DNA from: Candidatus Latescibacterota bacterium | Lineage (GTDB): Bacteria > Latescibacterota > UBA2968 > UBA8231 | Assembly: GCA_029941565.1 (NCBI GenBank) | Contig: JAPYRN010000001.1 | Coordinates: 97,255-161,254 of the forward strand | Reading direction: 5' to 3' | Length of the DNA stretch: 64,000 nucleotides | In this document: positions 9,159 to 17,612 of the stretch, piece by piece | Layout of the letters: every line of letters starts with the position of its first letter | Position numbering within the stretch: the first letter of the stretch is position 1 | Program-made: the position numbers and the translations under genes | Notes under the pieces: model-generated | Seen by the model: the letters and a program-made list of their open reading frames with translations, nothing else | Told to the model about the DNA's origin: nothing | Databases searched by the model: none

Positions 9159-9199
9159 GACGCCCCGTCCGATCTTACTGGCGGGGCGTCACTTTTTTT
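9159..9199 (+). terminator. rho-independent terminator
   Basis: GACGCCCCG / CGGGGCGTC stem followed by ACTTTTTTTG. It closes an AT-rich 250-nt segment downstream of the O-antigen ligase gene. Confidence 0.6.
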
Positions 9200-9212
9200 G
9201 CCTGACAGGAAA

Positions 9213-10028
9213 TTAGCTGCAATGGCTGCCAAATTGACGATAGTGACGAACGGGGAGGTCGTGGTACTGTCTCGTCAACGCTTCGAGTCGGTCGCATGCC
9301 AGATCGAAGATGCGTTTCCCCTTCGCCGCTGATGCGGCCAGGGCATCCCCCATGATGCCTGTTCCTTCGGCGGTATCTCGTCGACGCTCGGCAAAATTCG
9401 CGAAGGCCAGTGCGCCACCGAATGGTGCTGTCAGCGTGTCGTCCGCCTGGGCCCTGGCCATGTCGACCATGTGCGCCCGCAGATGCAACTGCACCGCCGT
9501 CTCCCACTCACCTCCGTGACCGACGCCTTCATCGGTAGCACTCCATTCGTGTAGTTCTGTCTCGACGGCATCCCACCAGCTGAAGCTGAGGGTAAAGATG
9601 TCTTCTTCCGCCAGCTGCCAGCTTACGGCCCGGCATGGGGCGGCGTTGCCACCGTGGCCATTGACCGTGATGATGCGCTCAAAACCGTTGGCGTGGATAC
9701 TGCGACAAACATCGGCGACAAGAGCCTGGAAAGTTTCCAGGCGCAGGGAGATGGTGCCGGCGAAACCCATGTTGTAGTGCGTGAACCCCGACCAGATCGG
9801 CGGCGCCACCAGGACCGGGGAGTCTTCGACACGACGGGCGACTTCTACGGCCATGTGGAAGGGAGCGGAGATATCGACATCCATCGGGCAATGCGGACCG
9901 TGTTGCTCGACGGAGCCGATGGGGAGGATGACCACTGGGGCTTGCTCGAGGGCGGCCTCGAACTCATGCCGCAAAAGTTCCTGCCACAGCACCTTCTTGT
10001 TGTTGCCATCAAAAGAAACCGAATACAT
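9213..10028 (-). CDS. creatininase (creatinine amidohydrolase) family protein
   Basis: ILPIGSVEQHGPHCPMDVD and ITVNGHGGNAAP match creatininase family motifs. Confidence 0.65.
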   Translation of the reverse strand: MYSVSFDGNNKKVLWQELLRHEFEAALEQAPVVILPIGSVEQHGPHCPMDVDISAPFHMAVEVARRVEDSPVLVAPPIWSGFTHYNMGFAGTISLRLETFQALVADVCRSIHANGFERIITVNGHGGNAAPCRAVSWQLAEEDIFTLSFSWWDAVETELHEWSATDEGVGHGGEWETAVQLHLRAHMVDMARAQADDTLTAPFGGALAFANFAERRRDTAEGTGIMGDALAASAAKGKRIFDLACDRLEALTRQYHDLPVRHYRQFGSHCS

Positions 10029-10032
10029 CGAG

Positions 10033-11214
10033 CTACCCCTCCCCTTTCTCTAACTCCACATGGATCTGACGCATGATCTGAGAGTGCCCCTTGCCCTCGG
10101 CAGCCAGCTCTTTGTAGCGCGCCGGATCGACACCATCCCAACTGAGGAATGCCCGGATGTCGTAGCGGCCCTCCACTTCCACCGGCAAGCCATCCTCGGC
10201 GATCATCAGTTCGAGAGGATACCCCTTCTCCGTGAGCGGAAAGTTGACGACGTGCTGACGCCTGGCCGACTCATACAACCCCATCATGATCTCCACCGTG
10301 ACCCGCGCCTGACGTCCAGACCCACGATGTTCCTCCACCTCCCCCTGCAACCACTCCAACAACTCGCGCACTTGGGCGGCATTGGTATTGCCACCGATGG
10401 CGCGGTCTGCCTCGCCGGCACCGATCTCGACGTCGAGCCAGCCGTTGGAGCTGGCATTCATCAGTCGTACCCGGCTTTCGCTCACCTCCATCATGCCCTC
10501 GGTGCCCTTGATCTGGAAAGAGCCGGCCGTCGCACCCTCGCGCATCAGGTCGGATTGAATAAAGAGTTGAATGTCCCCCTCGAAGTGGACCAACCCCAGA
10601 CAGGCGTCCTCGATGGCGGTATCCCGTTCGAAACGGTCCGTACGCCGTTCGACGGCACCCATCACCCATTGTGGCTGCGGATCTCCGAGCACAAATCGGG
10701 AGCCATCGATGGAGTGAGTGCCCCAGTTTGTCAGGCCCTCCGCGACTTTGTTGGTCACGAACAAGGGCTGACCGATGACACCTTGTTGCATCAACTCCCG
10801 TGCCTTTACCCAACCCTTGGTGAAGCGGCGTTGATGGCTGATCACCAGTTTTGTCCCACTCGCCTGGCAGGCATCGATCATACTGTCAGCGGCACCCATG
10901 CCAATGGCCATGGGCTTTTCGCAGATCACGGCCTGCACCCCGGCTTTGGCAGCGGCGATGGTCGGCGCCGGATGCAGCAGATGCCAGGTGCAGACGCTGA
11001 CGATGTCTGGTTTTGCCGTGACCAGCATCTGCTCGACTGAATCGAACTGCTGCAGATGCAGATCTGCATACGTATCTGCATATTGGCTCCGCGCATGAGC
11101 TACAGGGTCAGCGATGGCGATAACGTCGATATCGTCAACGAGGGCATAACCATCCATGTGGGCATGGGCGATGGAACCACAACCGACGATAGCAGCCGTA
11201 TACCTGGCGGGCAT
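10033..11214 (-). CDS. Gfo/Idh/MocA family oxidoreductase
   Basis: N-terminal AIVGCGSIAHAHMDGY Rossmann fold, 393 aa. Lies 4 nt upstream of the creatininase gene, so likely an operon. Confidence 0.7.
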   Translation of the reverse strand: MPARYTAAIVGCGSIAHAHMDGYALVDDIDVIAIADPVAHARSQYADTYADLHLQQFDSVEQMLVTAKPDIVSVCTWHLLHPAPTIAAAKAGVQAVICEKPMAIGMGAADSMIDACQASGTKLVISHQRRFTKGWVKARELMQQGVIGQPLFVTNKVAEGLTNWGTHSIDGSRFVLGDPQPQWVMGAVERRTDRFERDTAIEDACLGLVHFEGDIQLFIQSDLMREGATAGSFQIKGTEGMMEVSESRVRLMNASSNGWLDVEIGAGEADRAIGGNTNAAQVRELLEWLQGEVEEHRGSGRQARVTVEIMMGLYESARRQHVVNFPLTEKGYPLELMIAEDGLPVEVEGRYDIRAFLSWDGVDPARYKELAAEGKGHSQIMRQIHVELEKGEG

Positions 11215-11267
11215 ATTCCTGTCTCTTTCCTTGGTAAGAATCGGGGGCCATAAGTATACTGCCTACC

Positions 11268-11714
11268 ATGTCCTCTCTCCATCTTCCAGACGCCGTCGAT
11301 CTGCCCGGGGGTGTACGCATCCCACTTGCCGAACTGGACTTTGCCTTCGTGCGCAGTCCTGGACCGGGTGGACAACATGTGAACAAGACGAGTACGCGCG
11401 TCGAGTTGCGTTTCGATCTGGCTCGGAGTCCCTCCCTGCCACAGAGTCTGCGCGACCGAGCCCACAATCGGTTGCAGTCTCGGCTCAATTCCCACGGCGA
11501 ACTCGTGATCGCCTCTTCGCAGCACCGGTCCCAGATGCGCAATCGACTCGACTGTATCGCGCGTTTCGCCGAGACGATGGCCACCGCCCTGCGACCACCG
11601 GCCCGACCCCGGCGCAAGACACGTCCCGGTCGTTTGGCCATCAAACGTCGCCTCGACACCAAAAAGAGACAGTCCCAGAAGAAAACTCAGCGCCGCCGCC
11701 CTGGTCTCGACTGA
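11268..11714 (+). CDS. arfB: alternative ribosome rescue factor ArfB (peptidyl-tRNA hydrolase, RF-1 domain)
   Basis: GGQ motif (SPGPGGQHVNKTSTRVELRFDL) and a basic C-terminal tail (RRKTRPGRLAIKRRLDTKKRQSQKK) typical of ArfB/YaeJ. Confidence 0.75.
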   Translation: MSSLHLPDAVDLPGGVRIPLAELDFAFVRSPGPGGQHVNKTSTRVELRFDLARSPSLPQSLRDRAHNRLQSRLNSHGELVIASSQHRSQMRNRLDCIARFAETMATALRPPARPRRKTRPGRLAIKRRLDTKKRQSQKKTQRRRPGLD

Positions 11715-11858
11715 ATCCAAAAACACGTTGCGGCGTCTGCACATAAAGACGCTTGCCAGCGTTGTGGGTCCCACCTATATTGCACCTTAACGTTGACGTC
11801 AAAGTTACTGCGAGATTCATATCGGTGACGATGAAATTCGATAACTACATATACATCA

Positions 11859-12731
11859 ATGGGTTACGTGGAGATTTGGCGAATGGCTACTGTCAGAAGT
11901 CACAATGCGGTGGACGCCGTGGAGCTCTACTGGAAAGAGATCAAAGACTCCGAGCCCCTCAGTCGTTCGCAAGAATTCGAGTTGTTCACACGCGCCAAAG
12001 CTGGCGACGAGAATGCCAGGCAGGAGATCATCACAGCGAATCTCCGCTTTGTCGTCAGTGTCGCGCGCAGCTACAAGGAGTACGGTCTGTCGCTCGTCGA
12101 ATTGATCTCCGAGGGCAACGTCGGTCTCCTCGAGGCGGTCAAACGTTTCGACGAAACCCGCGGCTTCAAATTCATCACCTATGCCGTATGGTGGATCCGC
12201 CAGGCGATCCTGAAGGCCCTTGCCGAACAGGGGAAAATCGCTCGTCCACCCATGAGTCAGATCAATGACCTGCAGAAGATCGAGAAGGAGACCAGCGCCC
12301 TGGCGCAAACCCTCGGTCGAAGTCCTACCTATGCCGAGATCGCTGAGCGCGTCGACATCAGCGCCGAGCGCACACACAACGCCATGGTCGTCAGCCAGAC
12401 GGACGTTTCCTTCGACGCCCCAGCTTACCCCGACGAAGACACCCCCCTGCAAGCGGTGTTCGCCATTCCTGAGGATATCGGCATCGAAGGCCGCTTCGAT
12501 GATGACGAGCGGCGCAATACGATCTCCTCCTGCCTCGGCGTGCTCGACGCCCGGGAGAATAAGATTGTCAGCGCCTACTTTGGTCTCGGCGAAGACGATC
12601 CGAAGACGCTGGAAGAGATCGGCGATGAGATGGGCGTCACGCGTGAGCGGATCCGCCAGTTGCGCAATCGTGCCCTCAGCAAGTTGCGCGACAGCTGCGG
12701 CGATCTGCTCGGCGAGTTCTGCAGAAACTGA
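11859..12731 (+). CDS. RNA polymerase sigma factor, sigma-70 family (group 3-like)
   Basis: Region 2 is ANLRFVVSVARSYKEYGLSLVELISEGNVGLLEAVKRFD...FITYAVWWIRQAI. A region 4 HTH sits near the C-terminus. 290 aa. Confidence 0.75.
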   Translation: MGYVEIWRMATVRSHNAVDAVELYWKEIKDSEPLSRSQEFELFTRAKAGDENARQEIITANLRFVVSVARSYKEYGLSLVELISEGNVGLLEAVKRFDETRGFKFITYAVWWIRQAILKALAEQGKIARPPMSQINDLQKIEKETSALAQTLGRSPTYAEIAERVDISAERTHNAMVVSQTDVSFDAPAYPDEDTPLQAVFAIPEDIGIEGRFDDDERRNTISSCLGVLDARENKIVSAYFGLGEDDPKTLEEIGDEMGVTRERIRQLRNRALSKLRDSCGDLLGEFCRN

Positions 12732-12748
12732 CAAGGACATCGTTCACA

Positions 12749-12789
12749 CCGCCAGCTCTTCTCGATTGGAAGGGCTGGCGGTTTTTTTA
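12749..12789 (+). terminator. rho-independent terminator after the sigma factor gene
   Basis: CCGCCAGC / GCTGGCGG stem, 17-nt loop, then TTTTTTTA. Confidence 0.65.
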
Positions 12790-14094
12790 TCGCAGTCGCA
12801 GCCTCTGCGCCCGCATCTTCGAAAACGAGGCGAAGTGAATCGCCCAACCTGCCTCACCATAACCCACTTCCAGTCGCGTCATATCGACCGCCGGCAGCAG
12901 CAGGCGTAGACCAGCACCGACACCGATGCGCATGCGGCCGAGCTCGAAATCACGCCCGCGTGTCCAGGCGAGCCCACCGTCGGCAAACAGCGTGCCCCCA
13001 AGGCCTATATCGGCAGTCAGGCCGAATAGAGTGACCTCCGACGGCGCCACCAGCGGCACGCGATACTCCATCGTCGTCAACAGCTGTTGCTTGCCGAACA
13101 GGCTATGTCCCAGGTCGTCAACGGTGTAGCCACGCAGCGAGTTGGCTCCCCCGAGGTGATAGTCCATATACTGAGGCAGATCGCGGCCGACTCGACCCGA
13201 TTGCACCGAAAGCAGGCTCGCCAACACGAGGGTTTGCCCGGCGACGACGGGCTGGAAGCGGCGACTGTCGAGGTGTAGCGTCCAGAAATCCCCCTCACCC
13301 GGTATCACCCCTCCTGTCTTCCAAGTCTCCACTTCGGCCAACCAACCGACGGCGGGATTGGACCAGTCGTCGCGGGAATCGTAGCCGACGCTGCCACCGA
13401 TACGGAGCAGATCGTCCGTGTCTGTCGCTGATAGCGTGTGACCGGCAAGGTCCGATTCAAACCGCAGCAAGGAGACGGCCACCGACGCTCGGCCATGATC
13501 GCCGATCCACGTACCCAGTCTTGGCGTGAACTCCGTCGATCTCTCCTCAAAACCGTCGAACTCGTTCTGCCGAACGATACGCAACGCGTCGAGATCGAAA
13601 GAGACATGATCGCCGAACATCCACGGATGGGTCAGATCAAGGAGATAGCTGGTGCGACCCCCGAATAACGCATACCCCGCTAGAAAGATGTCTTTGCCAA
13701 AAAGATTTACCGATTTGACTGCCGGTCCGAAAGACCAGCCGTCCTGATCTGTAACATCGTAAGTGATATAGGGCACCACCGGTGGCAATTCCCGCAGGTG
13801 GTAGACGACGCGGACGGCTTCGCCGTCACTGACGAGTTCCACACGAACAGAGCTGAAAATGTCGAGATTCTGTAACCGCTGCACATCGGCGGTGAGCGTC
13901 GAGGGATCCAGCGGTTGACCCACGAGGGTGCGCAACTCGCGCATGATCACATGCGCTTGTGTGTAACGATTGCCAGACAGATCGATGTCTGCCACCCGAC
14001 GCCCCGCCAGATCGCCCTGGGTATCGCTGCCAGCGACCGGAGCAGCCGGCAGCAGCATGAGCGTACACCAAGTCCATAGAAAAAGCCGCCACAT
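12787..14094 (-). CDS. Omp85 (bacterial surface antigen / BamA-TamA-like) outer-membrane protein with single POTRA
   Basis: Signal peptide, then DLSGNRYTQAHVIMRELRTLVGQPLD (POTRA-like), then a long beta-rich C-terminal region typical of the Bac_surface_Ag barrel. 435 aa. Confidence 0.55.
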   Translation of the reverse strand: MWRLFLWTWCTLMLLPAAPVAGSDTQGDLAGRRVADIDLSGNRYTQAHVIMRELRTLVGQPLDPSTLTADVQRLQNLDIFSSVRVELVSDGEAVRVVYHLRELPPVVPYITYDVTDQDGWSFGPAVKSVNLFGKDIFLAGYALFGGRTSYLLDLTHPWMFGDHVSFDLDALRIVRQNEFDGFEERSTEFTPRLGTWIGDHGRASVAVSLLRFESDLAGHTLSATDTDDLLRIGGSVGYDSRDDWSNPAVGWLAEVETWKTGGVIPGEGDFWTLHLDSRRFQPVVAGQTLVLASLLSVQSGRVGRDLPQYMDYHLGGANSLRGYTVDDLGHSLFGKQQLLTTMEYRVPLVAPSEVTLFGLTADIGLGGTLFADGGLAWTRGRDFELGRMRIGVGAGLRLLLPAVDMTRLEVGYGEAGWAIHFASFSKMRAQRLRLR

Positions 14095-14637
14095 GCGTCA
14101 GGACGCGAGACGCCGTAGCGGCTGCAGATACTCAGCCGAGCAAGTCCAGAAGCTGTCCCGCGTCGGCGCCATCGTCTGCCTCCTGCGCGGCCCCAGTACC
14201 GGGTGCTTGTGCAACGCCCTCTTGTGTTTCGGTTTGCTCGCTGCTGCCGGTCCCGCTGCCAGCGACCTCGATCTTTTACTGCGACAACTCCCGACGCGCC
14301 TCCATCTCCATTGACTTCGCCTGTGAGGCGATACTACGATCCTGGCCAGATGGTTCGGGAGACTCAACACCGTGGCGCTCCAGCACCGATGCCGGCGGCA
14401 GCGTCGCACCGATGGCCGACAGTGGAGACAGTTGCTCTGCAAGGGTGAACGCCTCTTCGAGGCCGGGGACTACGCCAGGCACAGATGGCGCGACAGTTGA
14501 TCCCCCACCTGCTTGTGCAGGGAAACCAGCCTTCTGCAACAGCTGGGAACCGACTGTGGGATCTATGCGCAAGGCGATTGGGTCGCGACGTGAGAGGGAT
14601 GGCTTCTCCTCTTTTATCGGCCTCGCAGACCCGGACT

Positions 14638-15462
14638 TTAATGGCTCGGCGAAAAATTTTCGCTCGCACTGGTGAAAACGGTTTCCGGGAGTTCGTCATA
14701 GACAGCGATTTCCGTATGACGACTCTGGCCAAAATCATCGTTTAGGAGAATATCTCCATAGGCCTGCCAGTTGCCCCAGGGTCGGATGAAGCGGGGCTCT
14801 TCGTCGGCCGCTTCGCGATAGAATGACCACTGGCGCACGAGGCTCTTGTCGATATCTACCCACACCTGGTATCGGTTCTGTGGTGTGCGCCCCACGTCTC
14901 TGAACGTCAGGTCGAGGATATGGGCGGGCAAACCCTCCTCCGTCATGCCGTCCCCGACATATTTCAGAGTTACCCCTGAGTCCTTGAGTTTGTATGGCAT
15001 GACGAGCCAATAGGAATCATTGACCCAGGCGCTATATGCCTTTTGCAGTCTTGCCTCCAGGGTGTCCGGATCGGTGACCTCCACACCTGCCTCCCAGGCA
15101 CGACCACTCTGATCATGAATGTTCGACAGCACCGTCAGATCACCATCCTCCAAACGATGGTTGCCCATCCACTTGTCCCAGACGTGGCGACGACCACCAA
15201 AGAAGCGCCAGGTGATATACCTCGTTCCGTCCCACGCAGCACGACCGCCAAGACGGTCCATGACACGGTCCGCCAGTTCGATGGCGCGCCGGTCGGATCC
15301 GAGTTCATCGAATCCAGCAGCGGCGGGATTGCCAACAACCGGGGGCGCCGGCGCCACTGCACTCTCGCCCGCGGGCCTTGTTCTTGCGGCGATCTTCGGA
15401 CCGCACGCCATCGCACTCAGCACGAGGGCGGCGAGCATGAGGAAGCTGACGAGTCGGATCAT
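14638..15462 (-). CDS. secreted/lipoprotein-like hypothetical protein
   Basis: N-terminal signal MIRLVSFLMLAALVLSAMACG with a lipobox-like AMAC|G. No recognisable domain. Confidence 0.4.
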   Translation of the reverse strand: MIRLVSFLMLAALVLSAMACGPKIAARTRPAGESAVAPAPPVVGNPAAAGFDELGSDRRAIELADRVMDRLGGRAAWDGTRYITWRFFGGRRHVWDKWMGNHRLEDGDLTVLSNIHDQSGRAWEAGVEVTDPDTLEARLQKAYSAWVNDSYWLVMPYKLKDSGVTLKYVGDGMTEEGLPAHILDLTFRDVGRTPQNRYQVWVDIDKSLVRQWSFYREAADEEPRFIRPWGNWQAYGDILLNDDFGQSRHTEIAVYDELPETVFTSASENFSPSH

Positions 15463-15478
15463 GGTTTCGTCTCCACTT

Positions 15479-17365
15479 TCAGGCCATGCGTATGGACTTC
15501 ACGTCCTTCTTGCTCAGTTGTACGCCACTCGCCTTCGCCCCCTGTATGGGATATTCGCTGATCGGGAACTGCTCCTCGAGCACGCGCAGGCGTGTCGCCG
15601 GTTTGTACTCCAACTCCACTGTCGCTTCGTTGTCCAGAGTGAACTTGAGGAGCGTGGCGCCATCAGGGACAAGTGCATAGGCGCGATTGAGGATCAATCC
15701 CCCGACCTTACAACGTTTGATCTTAATCGCCCCCTTCTTATCGCGGAAGACGACATTGAAGACCTGCTCCTTGTCGGGAAAACCGCAATGCAACATACCC
15801 TTCCCGATAAACAACTTTTCGGGCGCATCGACCATCGAATACGTGCCATCCTTGCGGATCACGAGAATTCGATCATACAGTGACACCTCGGCGATATTCG
15901 TACCCACCACCTGGTGGCCCAGGTATCCAGTGGCCTTGTCGTAACACAACTTCTGATCCCGTTTGGCCGCCTCACGCACATCCACCTGCTCAAATGAGGT
16001 AATCTCCGTACGCCGAACAAAATCCTCCCGATTCTTCTCGATCAGCCTTTCCAGGTAGCTGATCGTAAAAGGGACGATCTCCTTGAGATCGTGGCGGATC
16101 TGCTTGAGCCGCGACTTCAGATCGCGCATGTCTTTCTTGGCGCGCTCGATGTCGTAGAGAGAGATCCGGCGAATTGGGATGCGTAGCAGTGTGTCCACAT
16201 CCTCCCGCGTAATCTCGCGCTTGATCTCCTTGTGGTGCTCCTTCAGGCCATCAAATACAGCCTGCACAACACCCTCCTGCGTCTTCTGTTCTTCGATCCT
16301 CTGGTAGATCCGTTGCTCGATGAAGATCTGCTCCAGCGTCCGGGCATGGATCCGGTCTTCGATCTCCCCTTCTTCGACACGCAACTGCGCCTTGAGGATA
16401 TCGACGAGACGATCGACGTTGTGCTCAAGCACCTCGGTGACGGTCATGATCCGCGGCATGTCCCCGTCGATGACGAGCAACGCCACGGAGATCGACATCT
16501 CACAATCGGTGAAGGCATAGAGGGAGTCGACCACGTCAGCTGCATAGATACCACGGGGCAGCTTGATTTCGATCTCGACACTTTCGGCGGTGAAGTCCTG
16601 GATGGCGGCAACCTTCACCTTGTTCTTCCGTGCTGCATCTTCGATGGAGCTGATCAACGCTTCCGTCGTCGTGCCGTAAGGAATCTCGGTGACGACAATG
16701 CGTTTCTCGTCCGACGTATCCAACTTTGCCCGCACAAGAATCTTGCCGTTGCCATCCTCGTAGTTCGACACATCAACCATGCCCCCCGTCGGAAAATCAG
16801 GGAACACGGCAAAAGACTCATCCCGCATGTATCCGACCTGCGCCTTGAGCAACTCGATCAGATTGTGGGGCATGATCTTCGTCGTCATCGTCGGCGCGAT
16901 ACCTTCCGCCCCCTGGGACAACAACAGCGGGATTCGCACGGGCAGAACCACCGGCTCCTTGTTCCGCCCATCATACGATTCGACATACTCGGTAACCTTC
17001 GGATCGAAGATCACCTCCCGCGCCATCGGACTCAGACGGCACTCGATATACCGCGCCGCCGACGCCATGTCTCCCGTATAGATGTTGCCGAAATTCCCCT
17101 GCCTATCGATGGCGACCTCTTTGTTGGCCAGAACGATCAGAGCAGAAAAAATCGACGCATCACCATGCGGGTGATACTTCATACACTGCCCGACGACATT
17201 GGCCACCTTGTGAAAGCGCTCGTCATCGAGCTCATGCAGCGTATGCAGAATACGCCGCTGAACCGGCTTCAACCCATCATCAAGATGCGGAATCGCCCGC
17301 TCCTTGATCGCATAGGACGAGTACTCGATGTAGTTCTTGTCATAAAGCTGTTTTATGAAAGCCAA
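15479..17365 (-). CDS. type IIA DNA topoisomerase subunit A (GyrA/ParC-like, short C-terminal domain)
   Basis: GLKPVQRRIL and ASAARYIECRL (active-site Tyr context AAMRYTE) are present. Only 628 aa, so most of the beta-pinwheel CTD is absent. TTG start. Confidence 0.8.
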   Translation of the reverse strand: MAFIKQLYDKNYIEYSSYAIKERAIPHLDDGLKPVQRRILHTLHELDDERFHKVANVVGQCMKYHPHGDASIFSALIVLANKEVAIDRQGNFGNIYTGDMASAARYIECRLSPMAREVIFDPKVTEYVESYDGRNKEPVVLPVRIPLLLSQGAEGIAPTMTTKIMPHNLIELLKAQVGYMRDESFAVFPDFPTGGMVDVSNYEDGNGKILVRAKLDTSDEKRIVVTEIPYGTTTEALISSIEDAARKNKVKVAAIQDFTAESVEIEIKLPRGIYAADVVDSLYAFTDCEMSISVALLVIDGDMPRIMTVTEVLEHNVDRLVDILKAQLRVEEGEIEDRIHARTLEQIFIEQRIYQRIEEQKTQEGVVQAVFDGLKEHHKEIKREITREDVDTLLRIPIRRISLYDIERAKKDMRDLKSRLKQIRHDLKEIVPFTISYLERLIEKNREDFVRRTEITSFEQVDVREAAKRDQKLCYDKATGYLGHQVVGTNIAEVSLYDRILVIRKDGTYSMVDAPEKLFIGKGMLHCGFPDKEQVFNVVFRDKKGAIKIKRCKVGGLILNRAYALVPDGATLLKFTLDNEATVELEYKPATRLRVLEEQFPISEYPIQGAKASGVQLSKKDVKSIRMA

Positions 17366-17612
17366 GGCAGATTCACTCTTTCAGATCCAAGTCCACCATC
17401 AGACCACTGACAGTCTTTCCCCACTCCAATGGGCCAAAATGTTGGCCCCACTATGGTCTCTGGGGGGGTTCGTCCCGCCGTGACCCCGTAGCGCTTTCAG
17501 TCGCCGAAAAGGAGCCACAGGGACGTGGCGACTGTCGTCGGAGCAACGCCGGGACGGCGTTGCGAGAATGAAGCGAAGGGGTCACGGCGGGACGACCCCT
17601 TCCACCAAAATC
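17366..17612 (-). promoter_or_regulatory. highly structured intergenic spacer between the topoisomerase B and A genes
   Basis: Contains perfect hairpins GGGCCAAAATGTTGGCCC, GTCGCC..GGCGAC and CAACGCCGGGACGGCGTTG. A ~20-nt long-range inverted repeat (GTTCGTCCCGCCGTGACCCC ... GGGGTCACGGCGGGACGACC) brackets ~90 nt. Confidence 0.4.

Noticed and set aside
14131-14572. Minus-strand ORF upstream of the Omp85 gene that continues in-frame across a TAA (14276-14278) into an acidic low-complexity tail ending ...GQLLDLLG
   Set aside because: Both parts are low-complexity (Ala/Gly/Pro/Ser/Glu rich) without domain signatures. In-frame continuation across a stop can arise by chance in GC-rich sequence. Insufficient evidence for a gene or pseudogene.
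16232-17410. 392-aa plus-strand ORF (and similar long ORFs at 7752-8795, 10060-11040, 11856-12740, 17907-18794, 20237-20890, 45260-45760, 61602-61943) lying antisense to confidently assigned genes
   Set aside because: High-GC genomes generate long spurious antisense ORFs. These lack any recognisable motif and have Arg/Ala/Gly-rich or His/Asp-rich compositions typical of reverse-frame artefacts. The sense-strand genes have clear catalytic motifs.
17462-17490. GGTTCGTCCCGCC resembling a tRNA T-arm
   Set aside because: No acceptor stem, D-arm or anticodon arm can be formed around it. It is one arm of the long inverted repeat in the topoisomerase spacer.
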